From the NCBI GenBank assembly GCA_043797665.1, contig JAZDPL010000047.1, positions 1 through 47,069 of the forward strand: DNA of 47,069 bases, written 5' to 3'. The translations under genes were made by a program, and so were the position numbers. This document shows positions 35,672 through 45,055 of this stretch, piece by piece. How positions within the stretch are numbered: position 1 is the first letter of the stretch; each line of letters begins with the position of its first letter. The notes beneath the pieces are model-generated. The model made no database searches. It worked only from the letters and a program-made list of their open reading frames with translations, and had not been told where the DNA came from. Origin of the DNA: Candidatus Omnitrophota bacterium (GTDB lineage: Bacteria; Ratteibacteria; UBA8468; MWAK01).

Positions 35672-37492
35672 ATGAGGTCTTTTGTCATTCTGAACCCTAC
35701 GCTTCCTGTCTTTCTGAGGCGTAGTGTGCCGAAGAATCTCGCTCAGGACAGGCTCCGTGAAGGATCTAAAAGAGAGATTCTTCGTTGCACTCAGAATGAC
35801 ATTAAATATCATTTTGCATTTCGCACTTTGCATTTTTTAATTTGTTTTGTTTGTGTCTTTTTCTTAACCGGTTGTCGCCCCTCTTCCTTTGTTGATTTTA
35901 AAAAAGACACCTTAATTTTAGCCACCACCTCTGACCCCAAGACCTTCAATTCTATTTTAGCCAAAGAGACCAGTTCCACCATGGTAACCGGATTTCTATT
36001 TGAAGGTTTAACCCGGACCAACGGAGTTACCACCGAGGTGGAACCAAACTTGGCGGAAAGCTGGTCGGTAAAAGAAGGGGGGCGTGTCTGGGATTTTACG
36101 CTGCGGCCCGTCCGATGGTTTGACGGGCAACCTCTCAGCGCCGATGACGTGCTCTTCACATTTCAGAATTTGATTTACAATCCGCAGATTCCAACCAGCA
36201 GTCGTGATATCTTTACGGTTGCCGAGCAAGAAATTAAAACGATAAAATTGTCTTCCCATAAAGTACGATTCATTTTACCCGCTCCTTTTGCACCGTTCTT
36301 AAGACAATTAAGTCAGGAAATTTTACCCAGACATCTTCTCCTCTCTAAAGTAGACAATAATCAGTTTAATACCGCCTGGGGAGTGAATACACCGCCGGCC
36401 GGGATTATCGGTACCGGGCCCTTTCTCCTTTCCGGGTATCAAATAGGGGAAAAGGTGGTTTTAACAGCCAATCCGCGTTACTGGCGAAAAGATAAGGAGA
36501 ACCGCCCTTTACCCCGGCTGAAACGCATTGTTATTTTAATCGTTCCGGATCAGTCTGCCGAACTCTTACGCTTCCTCCAGGGGGAAATCGACGTAATCGG
36601 AGTGCGGGGGCAGGATTATAAGATTCTGAAGCCGCTGGAAAAGAAACGGAATTTTACCATTTATGACACCGGACCGGCTCTGGGCGAAAATTTTCTGGTC
36701 TTTAACCAAAATTCCAAAGCACCAATACCTTCCTATAAATCTGCCTGGTTTCAGAATAAACTCTTCCGTCAGGCAATTTCTTACGGAGTGGACCGGACCG
36801 GTATCATCCGCAACGTTTTCGCCGGTCTGGCTTATCCCGAGTGGGGACCCATGAATGAAAGCAGCGGATACTTTTATAATCCCGGAATTAAGCGGTATCC
36901 TTATAATCCCTCTGAGAGCCGGCGGATATTGTTAAAAGCCGGGTTTCGTTATCAGGGCGATGTTCTGTACGATAAAAATGGCAGCCGGGTGGAGTTCACG
37001 CTTCTTACAAATGGTGATAATTTAGAGCGGGTTCAGATGGCTACGGTTATCTCCGACGACCTCAAAAATCTGGGGATAAAGGTTCATTTTCTGCCGGTTG
37101 ACTTTAACAATATGGTAAACAGGCTGGATGTGAACTATGATTGGGAGGCGGTTATTATCGGTCTAACCGGAGGGATTGAGCCCCACAGCGGTCGTAACGT
37201 CTGGCATTCTTCCGGACAATTGCACTTGTGGAATCCGAAACAAAAAAGTCCCCAGACCGCCTGGGAGAAAGAGACCGACGAGATTTTTGAAAAAGGGGCG
37301 GTAGAACTTAATCCTGCCAAACGCAAAATCCTTTATGACCGATGGCAGGAGGTTATTGCGGAAGAAGTACCGGTGGTCCATCTGGTCAGTCCGGCTGCTC
37401 TGTATGGAGTGCGCAACCGATTCGGGAATATCAAACCCACCAGTTACGGCGGCATTTTGCATAATATAGCAGAAATTTATACAATTGAATGA
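35672..37492 (+). CDS. Peptide ABC transporter substrate-binding lipoprotein (family 5)
   Basis: Lipobox LTGC, SDPKTFN, PNLAESW, GTGPF, FRQAISY; only in-frame ATG before the lipobox is 35672, 4 nt after the upstream stop. Confidence 0.9.
   Translation: MRSFVILNPTLPVFLRRSVPKNLAQDRLREGSKREILRCTQNDIKYHFAFRTLHFLICFVCVFFLTGCRPSSFVDFKKDTLILATTSDPKTFNSILAKETSSTMVTGFLFEGLTRTNGVTTEVEPNLAESWSVKEGGRVWDFTLRPVRWFDGQPLSADDVLFTFQNLIYNPQIPTSSRDIFTVAEQEIKTIKLSSHKVRFILPAPFAPFLRQLSQEILPRHLLLSKVDNNQFNTAWGVNTPPAGIIGTGPFLLSGYQIGEKVVLTANPRYWRKDKENRPLPRLKRIVILIVPDQSAELLRFLQGEIDVIGVRGQDYKILKPLEKKRNFTIYDTGPALGENFLVFNQNSKAPIPSYKSAWFQNKLFRQAISYGVDRTGIIRNVFAGLAYPEWGPMNESSGYFYNPGIKRYPYNPSESRRILLKAGFRYQGDVLYDKNGSRVEFTLLTNGDNLERVQMATVISDDLKNLGIKVHFLPVDFNNMVNRLDVNYDWEAVIIGLTGGIEPHSGRNVWHSSGQLHLWNPKQKSPQTAWEKETDEIFEKGAVELNPAKRKILYDRWQEVIAEEVPVVHLVSPAALYGVRNRFGNIKPTSYGGILHNIAEIYTIE
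35684..35800. repeat. 117-bp nested REP composite inside the predicted signal peptide
   Basis: Outer GTCATTCTGAACC...GTGAAGGATCT/AGATTCTTCG...CTCAGAATGAC; inner ...CGCTCAGGACAGGCTCC; innermost GTCTTTCTGAGGCG...CGAAGAATCT. Confidence 0.85.
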
Positions 37493-38049
37493 AAATACTA
37501 ATCAGGTATCAGAAGAAAGGTCTGATGCGATTCGTTTCTCATCTTGACACCGAAAGGGTCTGGCGCCGGGCAATTCGCAGAGCAGATATTCCCGTGGTCA
37601 TAACCCAGGGTTTTTCCCCTAAAGAGAAATTGGAAATGGGTTATCCTCTTCCGGTCGGGTGTGAAAGTGAAGGAGAAGACCTGATTATTGACCTGGCAGA
37701 GCCTTTACCGGTTGATGAAATCAGAATGAGATTAATCGTGGTTTTGCCGGAGGGATTCGGGATTGTTTCGGTAACTCCGTATACTCACAGAGATTCCCTC
37801 TTCCAGCGAACCCGGGAAATTCTTTATCAGGTTCAAATCCCCCTCAATCCCCCTTTGTTAAAGGGGGAGACCCCCCTCTTTGGAAAAGAGGGGTTAGGGG
37901 AGATTTTTCGTGAACAGACAATAACGATCCCGGTAGTAGAAGGAAAGAGTAAGAACCTCTGGACGGTTCTGTGTGAGGATCTGGAAATTTCACCGGATGA
38001 GGCAAGACTACTCAAAGTAACCCGAATTGGGATACAATATAAAGAATGA
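37489..38049 (+). CDS. Radical SAM-associated DUF2344 (TIGR03936-like) protein
   Basis: RFVSHLD..R...RAIRRA.IP...TQGFSP, PLPVG.ESEGE; typical location before RNase E/G. Confidence 0.88.
   Translation: MKILIRYQKKGLMRFVSHLDTERVWRRAIRRADIPVVITQGFSPKEKLEMGYPLPVGCESEGEDLIIDLAEPLPVDEIRMRLIVVLPEGFGIVSVTPYTHRDSLFQRTREILYQVQIPLNPPLLKGETPLFGKEGLGEIFREQTITIPVVEGKSKNLWTVLCEDLEISPDEARLLKVTRIGIQYKE
37835..37906. repeat. 72-bp CCCCT/AAGGGG-type double hairpin, in frame in CDS
   Basis: AAATCCCCCTCAATCCCCCTTTGTTAAAGGGGGAGACCCCCCTCTTTGGAAAAGAGGGGTTAGGGGAGATTT. Confidence 0.88.
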
Positions 38050-38056
38050 GGAGCGT

Positions 38057-39553
38057 ATGACTAAGATACTGATTGATAGTGTGGGGTTTGAAACCCGGGC
38101 TGCGATTATCGCCAAGGGAAGAATGGAACATTTTGAGATTGAGCGTAAAGAAAATCTCAGTCTGGCCGGCAATATCTATAAAGGCAGGGTGGTCCGGGTA
38201 CTGCCGGCTTTAAATGCCGCTTTTTTAAACATCGGAGAGAGCCGGGAAGTATTTCTTCCTTTGACCGACATTTATGAATTTGCACCTTATCAGGAGGAGA
38301 TGGCTGAAGAGGTAACAAAAAAAGGTACCCATTCGTCCCGGCTTAAGGTTAAACCGAAAGAGGATGTTCTGGTTCAGGTGGTTAAGAATGCTATCGGGAC
38401 CAAAGCACCGAAAGTGACCGCGAATCATATTTCATTAGCCGGACACCTGCTGGTCCTGTTGCCTCAGGATGAAATAAGAAGAGCAATTTCCCGCCGTATC
38501 ACTTCGTCAACCGAAAGGGAACGTCTTTTAACTATCGTGAGCAGTTTCCTGCCGCCGGAATTCGGTTTTATTATCAGGACCTCGGCGGAAAGATGTTCGG
38601 AACGAGTGCTCAGGGCAGAAGCGGAAAGATTGCGGAAGACCTGGGAGGAGATAAGGTCTGAGTTTCAGAAGAAGGAGATACCAGCCTGTCTCTACGTTGA
38701 ACTCCCGCTTCCCCTCCGGATATTACGCGATTATTTCACCCCGGAGATAAGCGAGGTACTGGTCGATTCGCCGGAGATTCTCCGAAACAGCCGGCGTTAT
38801 CTGGTTCAGTTTGGTATTGACGGCAAGAAAGTACAGTTACATCAGGAGAAAGTGCCTCTCTTTACAAAATTAGGGGTGGATGATACGATTGAAAAGGCTT
38901 TAAACCGGACCGTTCCTCTTAAAGGGGGAGGGTATCTCGTTATCGAAGAGACAGAGGCTTTGTGTGCTGTTGACGTCAACAGCGGCCGTACCGGTGGTGA
39001 GGACTACCGGAGTATGATTTTGCGTACCAACCTTCTGGCAGCGGAAGAGATTGCCTGGCAGTTGCGGCTCCGTAATTTAGGAGGTCTGCTCGTGGTCGAT
39101 TTTATCGATATGGACCGCGGTGATGACCGCCGGAAAGTCTATCAGGCGTTCGAGAAAGCGCTGGAACCGGATAAAGCGAGGATTAAGGTTCTGAAAGTCT
39201 CCCGTTTAGGTTTGGTTGAAATGACCCGGCAGCGTACCCGTGAAAGTTTGCGCGATTATTTAGTTGACGATTGTCCTGCCTGCCGGGGTCAGGGAAAGAT
39301 TCTTTCTGCCGAAACAACGGTTGCCCAGATGCGCCGGAGTTTACAGATTGAATTTTCGGGCCGGCGTCGTTTCCTGGGACGATACTATCCCCGGAAGAAG
39401 ACGGACGTAAGGGTTTCCCCCCAGTTTGCCCAGTATCTTAAAGAAAATTTTAACCGGTTCTTTCCCGAACGTTTTTATCAGAATGGGATAAACCTGATAC
39501 CCGATCCTAATTTAGGTCCGAACCAGTTTAAAATAGAAGGCGAAAATCAATGA
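38057..39553 (+). CDS. Ribonuclease E/G family
   Basis: GNIYKGRV, VQVVK..IGTKAP, IIRTSA, DVNSG, LRNLGG..VVDFIDM, GLVEMTRQR, CPAC. Confidence 0.95.
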   Translation: MTKILIDSVGFETRAAIIAKGRMEHFEIERKENLSLAGNIYKGRVVRVLPALNAAFLNIGESREVFLPLTDIYEFAPYQEEMAEEVTKKGTHSSRLKVKPKEDVLVQVVKNAIGTKAPKVTANHISLAGHLLVLLPQDEIRRAISRRITSSTERERLLTIVSSFLPPEFGFIIRTSAERCSERVLRAEAERLRKTWEEIRSEFQKKEIPACLYVELPLPLRILRDYFTPEISEVLVDSPEILRNSRRYLVQFGIDGKKVQLHQEKVPLFTKLGVDDTIEKALNRTVPLKGGGYLVIEETEALCAVDVNSGRTGGEDYRSMILRTNLLAAEEIAWQLRLRNLGGLLVVDFIDMDRGDDRRKVYQAFEKALEPDKARIKVLKVSRLGLVEMTRQRTRESLRDYLVDDCPACRGQGKILSAETTVAQMRRSLQIEFSGRRRFLGRYYPRKKTDVRVSPQFAQYLKENFNRFFPERFYQNGINLIPDPNLGPNQFKIEGENQ

Positions 39554-40341
39554 CGAAGATTCAGAAACACTGCCGTCTGCAGAAAGGAGTGAATAGAATT
39601 CTTACCTCCGGCAGGATGGGATTATCATTTCTGGAATTGAAGATTATCATCCTGGAGGACGGTGAAAAATACCGGGAGAGGCCGAAAGACAAAGAAGGGG
39701 TTCTGGTGGTTCTTTCAGGAAGATGCCGGCTGGATGCACCATCTTTTTCCGGAGAATTGGGTTCACGCAAAGACGTTTTCAGCGGACCACCTGCCGGTGC
39801 TTACTTAGGTTCCGGTTCGCCTTTCATTCTTACCGGCCAGGACCGGGTGGAGGTAGCGCTCTTCCAGAGTCAGACGTCTTTTTCCCTGCCTTCCTATATC
39901 GTGAAAGAAGAGACGTTAAAATCGGAAATACGGGGTGGTACTTCCTTTACGCGGCAGGTGACCGACATAGTGGGAATCAACAGTCCGGCAGTCCGTCTAA
40001 TCGTCGGTGAGACCATCAACGAGGCAGGCAACTGGAGTAGTTATCCCTCCCATAAGCATGACCAGGACCGTATGCCGGAAGAGAGTTTACTGGAAGAGGT
40101 ATATCTCTTTAGGTTTAAACCCTCAGCCGGTTTTGGTCTGATGCGTATCTATACCGAAGACGGCAGTTTGGACAAACCGCTCTTGCTCCGTCACAACGAT
40201 TTGGTATCAATTCCCAAAGGATACCATCCGGTTGCAGCAGCGCCTGGCTACCATCTGTATTATCTCTGGGCTCTGGCCGGACCAAAGCGGGTAATGAAGA
40301 TTTATGAAGACCCGGAACACAGCTGGGTTAATCGGAAATAA
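39550..40341 (+). CDS. iolB: 5-deoxy-glucuronate isomerase (KduI/IolB family)
   Basis: GNWSSYPSHKHD, LEEVY, PKGYHPV.AAPGY..YYLW. Confidence 0.9.
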   Translation: MTKIQKHCRLQKGVNRILTSGRMGLSFLELKIIILEDGEKYRERPKDKEGVLVVLSGRCRLDAPSFSGELGSRKDVFSGPPAGAYLGSGSPFILTGQDRVEVALFQSQTSFSLPSYIVKEETLKSEIRGGTSFTRQVTDIVGINSPAVRLIVGETINEAGNWSSYPSHKHDQDRMPEESLLEEVYLFRFKPSAGFGLMRIYTEDGSLDKPLLLRHNDLVSIPKGYHPVAAAPGYHLYYLWALAGPKRVMKIYEDPEHSWVNRK

Positions 40342-40349
40342 CGTCCTTT

Positions 40350-40456
40350 GTCATCCTGAACCCCTGAATGCAATTATCAGGGGTGAAGGATCTAAGGGAT
40401 AGATTCTTCGCTGCGCTCAGAATACGGGTTTCCTATCTCTTGAATGGGATAGGGCA
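40350..40456. repeat. GTCATCCTGA REP doublet with two inserts
   Basis: Hairpin ACCCCTGAATGCAATTATCAGGGGT (40360-40384) in the left arm; 30-bp type A element in the right-arm GAATGAC. Confidence 0.85.
40425..40454 (+). mobile_element. 30-bp element type A
   Basis: CGGGTT-TCCTATCTC-TTGAAT-GGGATAGGG. Confidence 0.82.
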
Positions 40457-40474
40457 GCGAATTCTTCGAATATT

Positions 40475-41458
40475 ATGGAAAGACGATTAAGTACCAAGAA
40501 GGTAGGAGAGATACTTAAGGCTATCAAAGATAAGCGAATTCTGGTGGTGGGTGATTTGATGCTGGACAGGTATCTTTTTGGAAAAGTGGAGCGGATTTCT
40601 CCGGAAGCCCCGGTCCCAATCTTCCTTGCGGAAAAAGAAGAAATGCGGGTTGGGGGAGCGGGTAACGTTGCCAGTAATATTAAAGGATTGGGCGGACGGA
40701 GTACCGTCATTAGTTTTCTGGGAGATGATACGGAAGGTTCCCGTTTGAAACGGCTCCTGAAAAAACAGGGAGTAGAATTATTGACCATATCCGTCCCTTC
40801 GTTGCCTACGATTGCCAAAACACGGGTTATGGCGCGTAACCAGCAGTTGCTTCGTATTGACCAGGAAGATACCAGCCAGTTTTTCTCTGGCGAGGTCACC
40901 CAAGGATTCGCCACCTTAATAAAAGAAGCGTTGCCGAAGTTTGACGCACTCATTATTTCTGATTACGGGAAAGGGGTCATTAACCGGAGGGTTCTGAACA
41001 TAATTCTTCCGGTCCTCCGTAAAAGCAATAAGATAGTGACCGTTGACCCAAAGGTGGAGAATTTTTTGGAGTACCGGGGTGTGGATTCGTTAACGCCCAA
41101 TTTGGACGAAGCCAGTGCGGGAATAGGGTCAATAAAACCCAAATCCCAGAAAGATGTGGAAATTCTGGGCTTTCAAATCATTAAAAAACTGGAAGCAAAG
41201 AGTCTTTTGATTACCCAGGGCGCAGAGGGAATGACGCTCTTTCAGACAGGATACGCCGCCCATATTCCCACCGCCGCCCGGGAGGTTTTTGACGTCACCG
41301 GAGCCGGTGACACGGTAATTGCCGCCTTCACCTTGGCCCTTACCGCAGGTTTCTCTCTTTTGGATTCTGCAGAATTTGCAAATTTAGCCGCCGGTATTGT
41401 AATAAGTAAATTAGGTACCGCCACAGTCACTCCCCGGGAAATTTTAAAACAAATGTAA
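40475..41458 (+). CDS. D-glycero-beta-D-manno-heptose-7-phosphate kinase (RfaE/HldE domain I)
   Basis: GDLMLDRY, RISPEAPVP, GGAGNVA, SDYGKG, VDPK, TPN, DVTGAGDT. Confidence 0.93.
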   Translation: MERRLSTKKVGEILKAIKDKRILVVGDLMLDRYLFGKVERISPEAPVPIFLAEKEEMRVGGAGNVASNIKGLGGRSTVISFLGDDTEGSRLKRLLKKQGVELLTISVPSLPTIAKTRVMARNQQLLRIDQEDTSQFFSGEVTQGFATLIKEALPKFDALIISDYGKGVINRRVLNIILPVLRKSNKIVTVDPKVENFLEYRGVDSLTPNLDEASAGIGSIKPKSQKDVEILGFQIIKKLEAKSLLITQGAEGMTLFQTGYAAHIPTAAREVFDVTGAGDTVIAAFTLALTAGFSLLDSAEFANLAAGIVISKLGTATVTPREILKQM

Positions 41459-41482
41459 AATAATGACAACAACATACGTAAT

Positions 41483-41565
41483 GTCATACCCGCGGATTTT
41501 TAGCGGGTATCCAGACTTCCGCATAATTACTTCCTGGATTCCCGATAGAAACATTCGGGAATGAC
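41483..41565. repeat. GTCATTCC-type REP doublet
   Basis: GTCATACCCGC...GCGGGTATCCA / TGGATTCCCGA...TCGGGAATGAC. Confidence 0.88.
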
Positions 41566-41591
41566 ATACTATTTTATATTGAACTTATCCG

Positions 41592-42797
41592 ATGTGTGCA
41601 AAATTTAGCTGGCAGGAAGAAAAACCCGGCGGTTCCAAATGGACCTATGACGGCAGTAGTTCCATGCGCGAAAAACCGGACGCCAAGATAAAGCGAAAGG
41701 TATGGCTTCGGCGTTCTCTGATTCTGGCGGGCGTGGTTTTGTTAGCCGGGGTCACTATTGCGGGATCAGTTTTCCGGATACACAGGCGAGTAAAATCCAG
41801 CGGAGTGGTGGAACCTCTCCGTTACGATTACGTCAGAACGCCGACCAGCGGTACCATAGAACTCTTGCCTTTTGAGGAAGGTCAGTATGTAAAGAAGGAC
41901 CAGTCTCTGGCAGTAATTTTACCCGATGACCCTACTTTTTTCAGTGACATAGAAAACAGGGTTTTTGATCTCACCGGTATCCAGAAAGAATGCGAACGAA
42001 TCAATGAACGTATCGGAATTCTGACCGTCGAGTTGGAGCAATTAGAAATAGAACAAGAACTTTTTAAGAAAGATTTTTCCGAGGTTGAGGTTGGAAAGCA
42101 GAAGATTCAGGCTACAGAAGCGGAATACAATCAAAGCGTCAGGTCTGAAGAACGCGCCCGTAAACTGTATGAACAGGAAGCCATCAGTCAGGTTGAATAT
42201 GATAACACCGTAACCAAAAAAGAGGTGGCTCGGGCAAATCTGGCTATTGCCAGAGCCCAGTTGGAAAGTTCACAAAACAGCCGGTATCTTAAAGAGCAAC
42301 AACTGGGAAAAGATATCGCCGCGAAGCAAAAAGAGATTATTATGGAAAATATCTCCCTGGTCCAGAAGAGAACAGAATCACAGCAGACCAGTGGAATTAT
42401 TAAGAGGGTTCGCGGACGTTCGGGAAGACTGGAACTCTGCGCTCTGGAAGACAGCCAGATAGTCCGCCGGGAGAAATTACCCGGGGATCATCTGGAGACA
42501 GGAGAACTTATCTGTCTTCTCTCCCGGGGTGAAGAGCGGCGAATCCTGGTTAAGGTTACCCCCAGGAATGCGGTCCGGCTAAAGTTGGGCCAAAGAGTTC
42601 TTATCTATTCTAATATCTTTTATCACTGGAAATATGGTGTTGGCGAAGGCCGGATTTTTGAGATCGGGACATACGCCCGAACTACAGATGGACAAGGGAT
42701 AGCTAATTATATCCCGGTTAAGATAGCGGTTGAAAAGGCCCCATTTCCTCTGCCTTTTGGGACCACCGTAAGTGTAGTGCTCCTTACCCATGAGTGA
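41592..42797 (+). CDS. HlyD-family membrane fusion protein
   Basis: N-terminal TM, SGVVEP, lipoyl-like EGQYVKKDQ, long coiled coil, beta-barrel end; start may be 41664. Confidence 0.8.
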   Translation: MCAKFSWQEEKPGGSKWTYDGSSSMREKPDAKIKRKVWLRRSLILAGVVLLAGVTIAGSVFRIHRRVKSSGVVEPLRYDYVRTPTSGTIELLPFEEGQYVKKDQSLAVILPDDPTFFSDIENRVFDLTGIQKECERINERIGILTVELEQLEIEQELFKKDFSEVEVGKQKIQATEAEYNQSVRSEERARKLYEQEAISQVEYDNTVTKKEVARANLAIARAQLESSQNSRYLKEQQLGKDIAAKQKEIIMENISLVQKRTESQQTSGIIKRVRGRSGRLELCALEDSQIVRREKLPGDHLETGELICLLSRGEERRILVKVTPRNAVRLKLGQRVLIYSNIFYHWKYGVGEGRIFEIGTYARTTDGQGIANYIPVKIAVEKAPFPLPFGTTVSVVLLTHE

Positions 42798-45045
42798 GCC
42801 AGCCAGTAGTCAACAATATCCAGAGCCAATAGTCCTTGCCTCGGTTGATTTCATCCCGCGGGTTATTCTGGAAAGAATTAAGAATACCGCCATTGCATCC
42901 GAACCGATACTTCTGGCGGTTGAGGCTGATTTGGACGGCCGGGGAAACATTATGCCCATCTGGCTGCTGGCTACCGACCGACATATCGTGACCGTTCCGG
43001 CTGTTCCCGAGTATTCTCTCTGGGGTCCGTATACTTACCAGACGATTACTGATTTTGACCTCCGCACCACCGTGGGTTCCACTTCCTTACGGATATTTGT
43101 TAATTCCACACCCGTGGAACTGGTCCGCTTCAGCAACGAACACCGGGAACGGTTCCAGAGGGTTATTCACCAGTTAAAACGGCTTAAAGAAGGACAGCCT
43201 GTAGAAAGAGAAGCGGTCTTTGTGCCGGACCCGCAATACTGTCAGAAGTGTGGTTTGATTCTACCGGCTCCCGGAGCTCCCTGTCCCAAGTGTATCCAGC
43301 GTAGGGCTGCTTTTACCCGGATGTTTTCCATGCTGTTCCCTTACCGCTGGATAATGTCAGGGCTTTCTGTTCTGATGGTGGTTGGCATTGTTCTGGATAT
43401 GCTGCCTCCCTTTTTGACCCGCATCCTGGTGGATGATGTTTTAACCACCCATCAGCACGCCGATTGGCTTCTTGTCCTGGTTCTGGCTTTAGCCGGGGCA
43501 TCTCTTTTGAGAAGAGGCATTGATATCGTAATCAACTGGCTGGCACCCAAGGTAGGGACCGGCGTAACCGACGATATCCGGAAACGCCTCTTCCAAAAAC
43601 TACAGGAGATGTCGATTGCTTATTACGACCGGGCACAGGTGGGCAGTCTGATGAGCCGCATTATCAATGACGTTGAGATACTACACGGATTCGTCATTCA
43701 GGTAACCCAGGGCTTTCTGGTCAACGTCTTTCTGGTGATTGCCATCGGGATAATGCTCTTCTGGCTCAATGCAAAATTAGCCTTTTTTGTTCTAATTCCC
43801 ATTCCGGTCGTTTTATTGGGAACCATCTTCTTCTGGAAACGGGTCTATCCGAACTATTATAAATACTGGGACAGCAACTCCAAATTAGGCGGGATGCTTT
43901 ACAGTGTTCTTTCCGGTATCCGTTTGGTGAAGGTTTTCGGACAGGAACAGAGAGAAACCGAGCGTTTCCGCAAATCATCCGAGTATGTTAAGACCAGCCG
44001 GCAGTTGGTTGACACCCGGGTGGGAACGTTTTCACCTTTAATGGCTTTTGTGTTCGGTTTGGGTGGGCTGATTATCTGGTTTGTGGGCGGCAAGGACGTG
44101 CTGTCCGGAACCGGAATATCCCTGGGCACTCTGATGGCTTTTTTGGGCTATATCGGTATGTTCTATGCTCCCCTGACCAGTCTGGCGATGTTCTCCAACT
44201 GGGTAACCCAGTTTGCCACCGCCAGCCAGCGCATCTTTGAAATTCTGGATACCCCTTCCGATATGGTAACCAACCCCGATGCGCTCCCCTGTCCGGACAT
44301 CCGGGGTGACATTGAACTGGATAATGTCTGGTTCGGTTATGACCGGTACAAACCGGTGATTAAAGGAATATCGCTTAAAATCTCCGCGGGTGAAAAAATA
44401 GGCATTGTGGGCCGGAGCGGTTCCGGTAAGACCACCCTGGTCAATCTTATCTGCCGTTTCTATGATGCCCAGAGGGGTGCGGTTAATATTGACGGCACCG
44501 ACGTTACCCGTTATCGCCGGTCAGAAATGCTCCGTCATATCGGTCTGGTCCTTCAGGAACCTTTTCTCTTCCGTGGCCCGGTAAAAGACAATATCGCTTA
44601 CGGAAATCCCGGGGCAACGTTGGACGAGATAATCAATGCGGCCTATGCCGCTAACTGTCACGGGTTTATTATGAGGCTTGCCGAAGGATATGATACCCGT
44701 TTGGGTGAAGGTGGGGCAGGGCTTTCCGGCGGTGAGAAACAACGGGTTTCCATCGCCCGGGCTTTTTTGTGTAACCCTAAGGTTATTATTCTCGACGAGG
44801 CGACCTCCAGCGTTGATGCCGAAAGCGAACAGGAAATTCAGAGGGCGTTGGAAATCATTGGTCAGGGACGAACCGTAATTTCAATTGCGCACCGGCTTTC
44901 CACGCTTAAGAACGCCGACCGCATTTACGTAATTGAGGACGGGAAATTGATGGAGTTTGGTACGCACGAAGAATTATCGCAGAAGAAAGGGGTTTACGCC
45001 CGTCTGGTAATGATTCAGACCCAGTTAGCCAGACTGGAATTGTAG
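42790..45045 (+). CDS. ABC exporter with N-terminal extension and CxxC-x10-CxxC zinc ribbon
   Basis: ~170-aa extra N-domain ending CQKCGLILPAPGAPCPKC, TMD, GRSGSGKT, LSGGEKQR, DEATS. Confidence 0.9.
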   Translation: MSEPASSQQYPEPIVLASVDFIPRVILERIKNTAIASEPILLAVEADLDGRGNIMPIWLLATDRHIVTVPAVPEYSLWGPYTYQTITDFDLRTTVGSTSLRIFVNSTPVELVRFSNEHRERFQRVIHQLKRLKEGQPVEREAVFVPDPQYCQKCGLILPAPGAPCPKCIQRRAAFTRMFSMLFPYRWIMSGLSVLMVVGIVLDMLPPFLTRILVDDVLTTHQHADWLLVLVLALAGASLLRRGIDIVINWLAPKVGTGVTDDIRKRLFQKLQEMSIAYYDRAQVGSLMSRIINDVEILHGFVIQVTQGFLVNVFLVIAIGIMLFWLNAKLAFFVLIPIPVVLLGTIFFWKRVYPNYYKYWDSNSKLGGMLYSVLSGIRLVKVFGQEQRETERFRKSSEYVKTSRQLVDTRVGTFSPLMAFVFGLGGLIIWFVGGKDVLSGTGISLGTLMAFLGYIGMFYAPLTSLAMFSNWVTQFATASQRIFEILDTPSDMVTNPDALPCPDIRGDIELDNVWFGYDRYKPVIKGISLKISAGEKIGIVGRSGSGKTTLVNLICRFYDAQRGAVNIDGTDVTRYRRSEMLRHIGLVLQEPFLFRGPVKDNIAYGNPGATLDEIINAAYAANCHGFIMRLAEGYDTRLGEGGAGLSGGEKQRVSIARAFLCNPKVIILDEATSSVDAESEQEIQRALEIIGQGRTVISIAHRLSTLKNADRIYVIEDGKLMEFGTHEELSQKKGVYARLVMIQTQLARLEL

Positions 45046-45055
45046 CGGTCGCATT

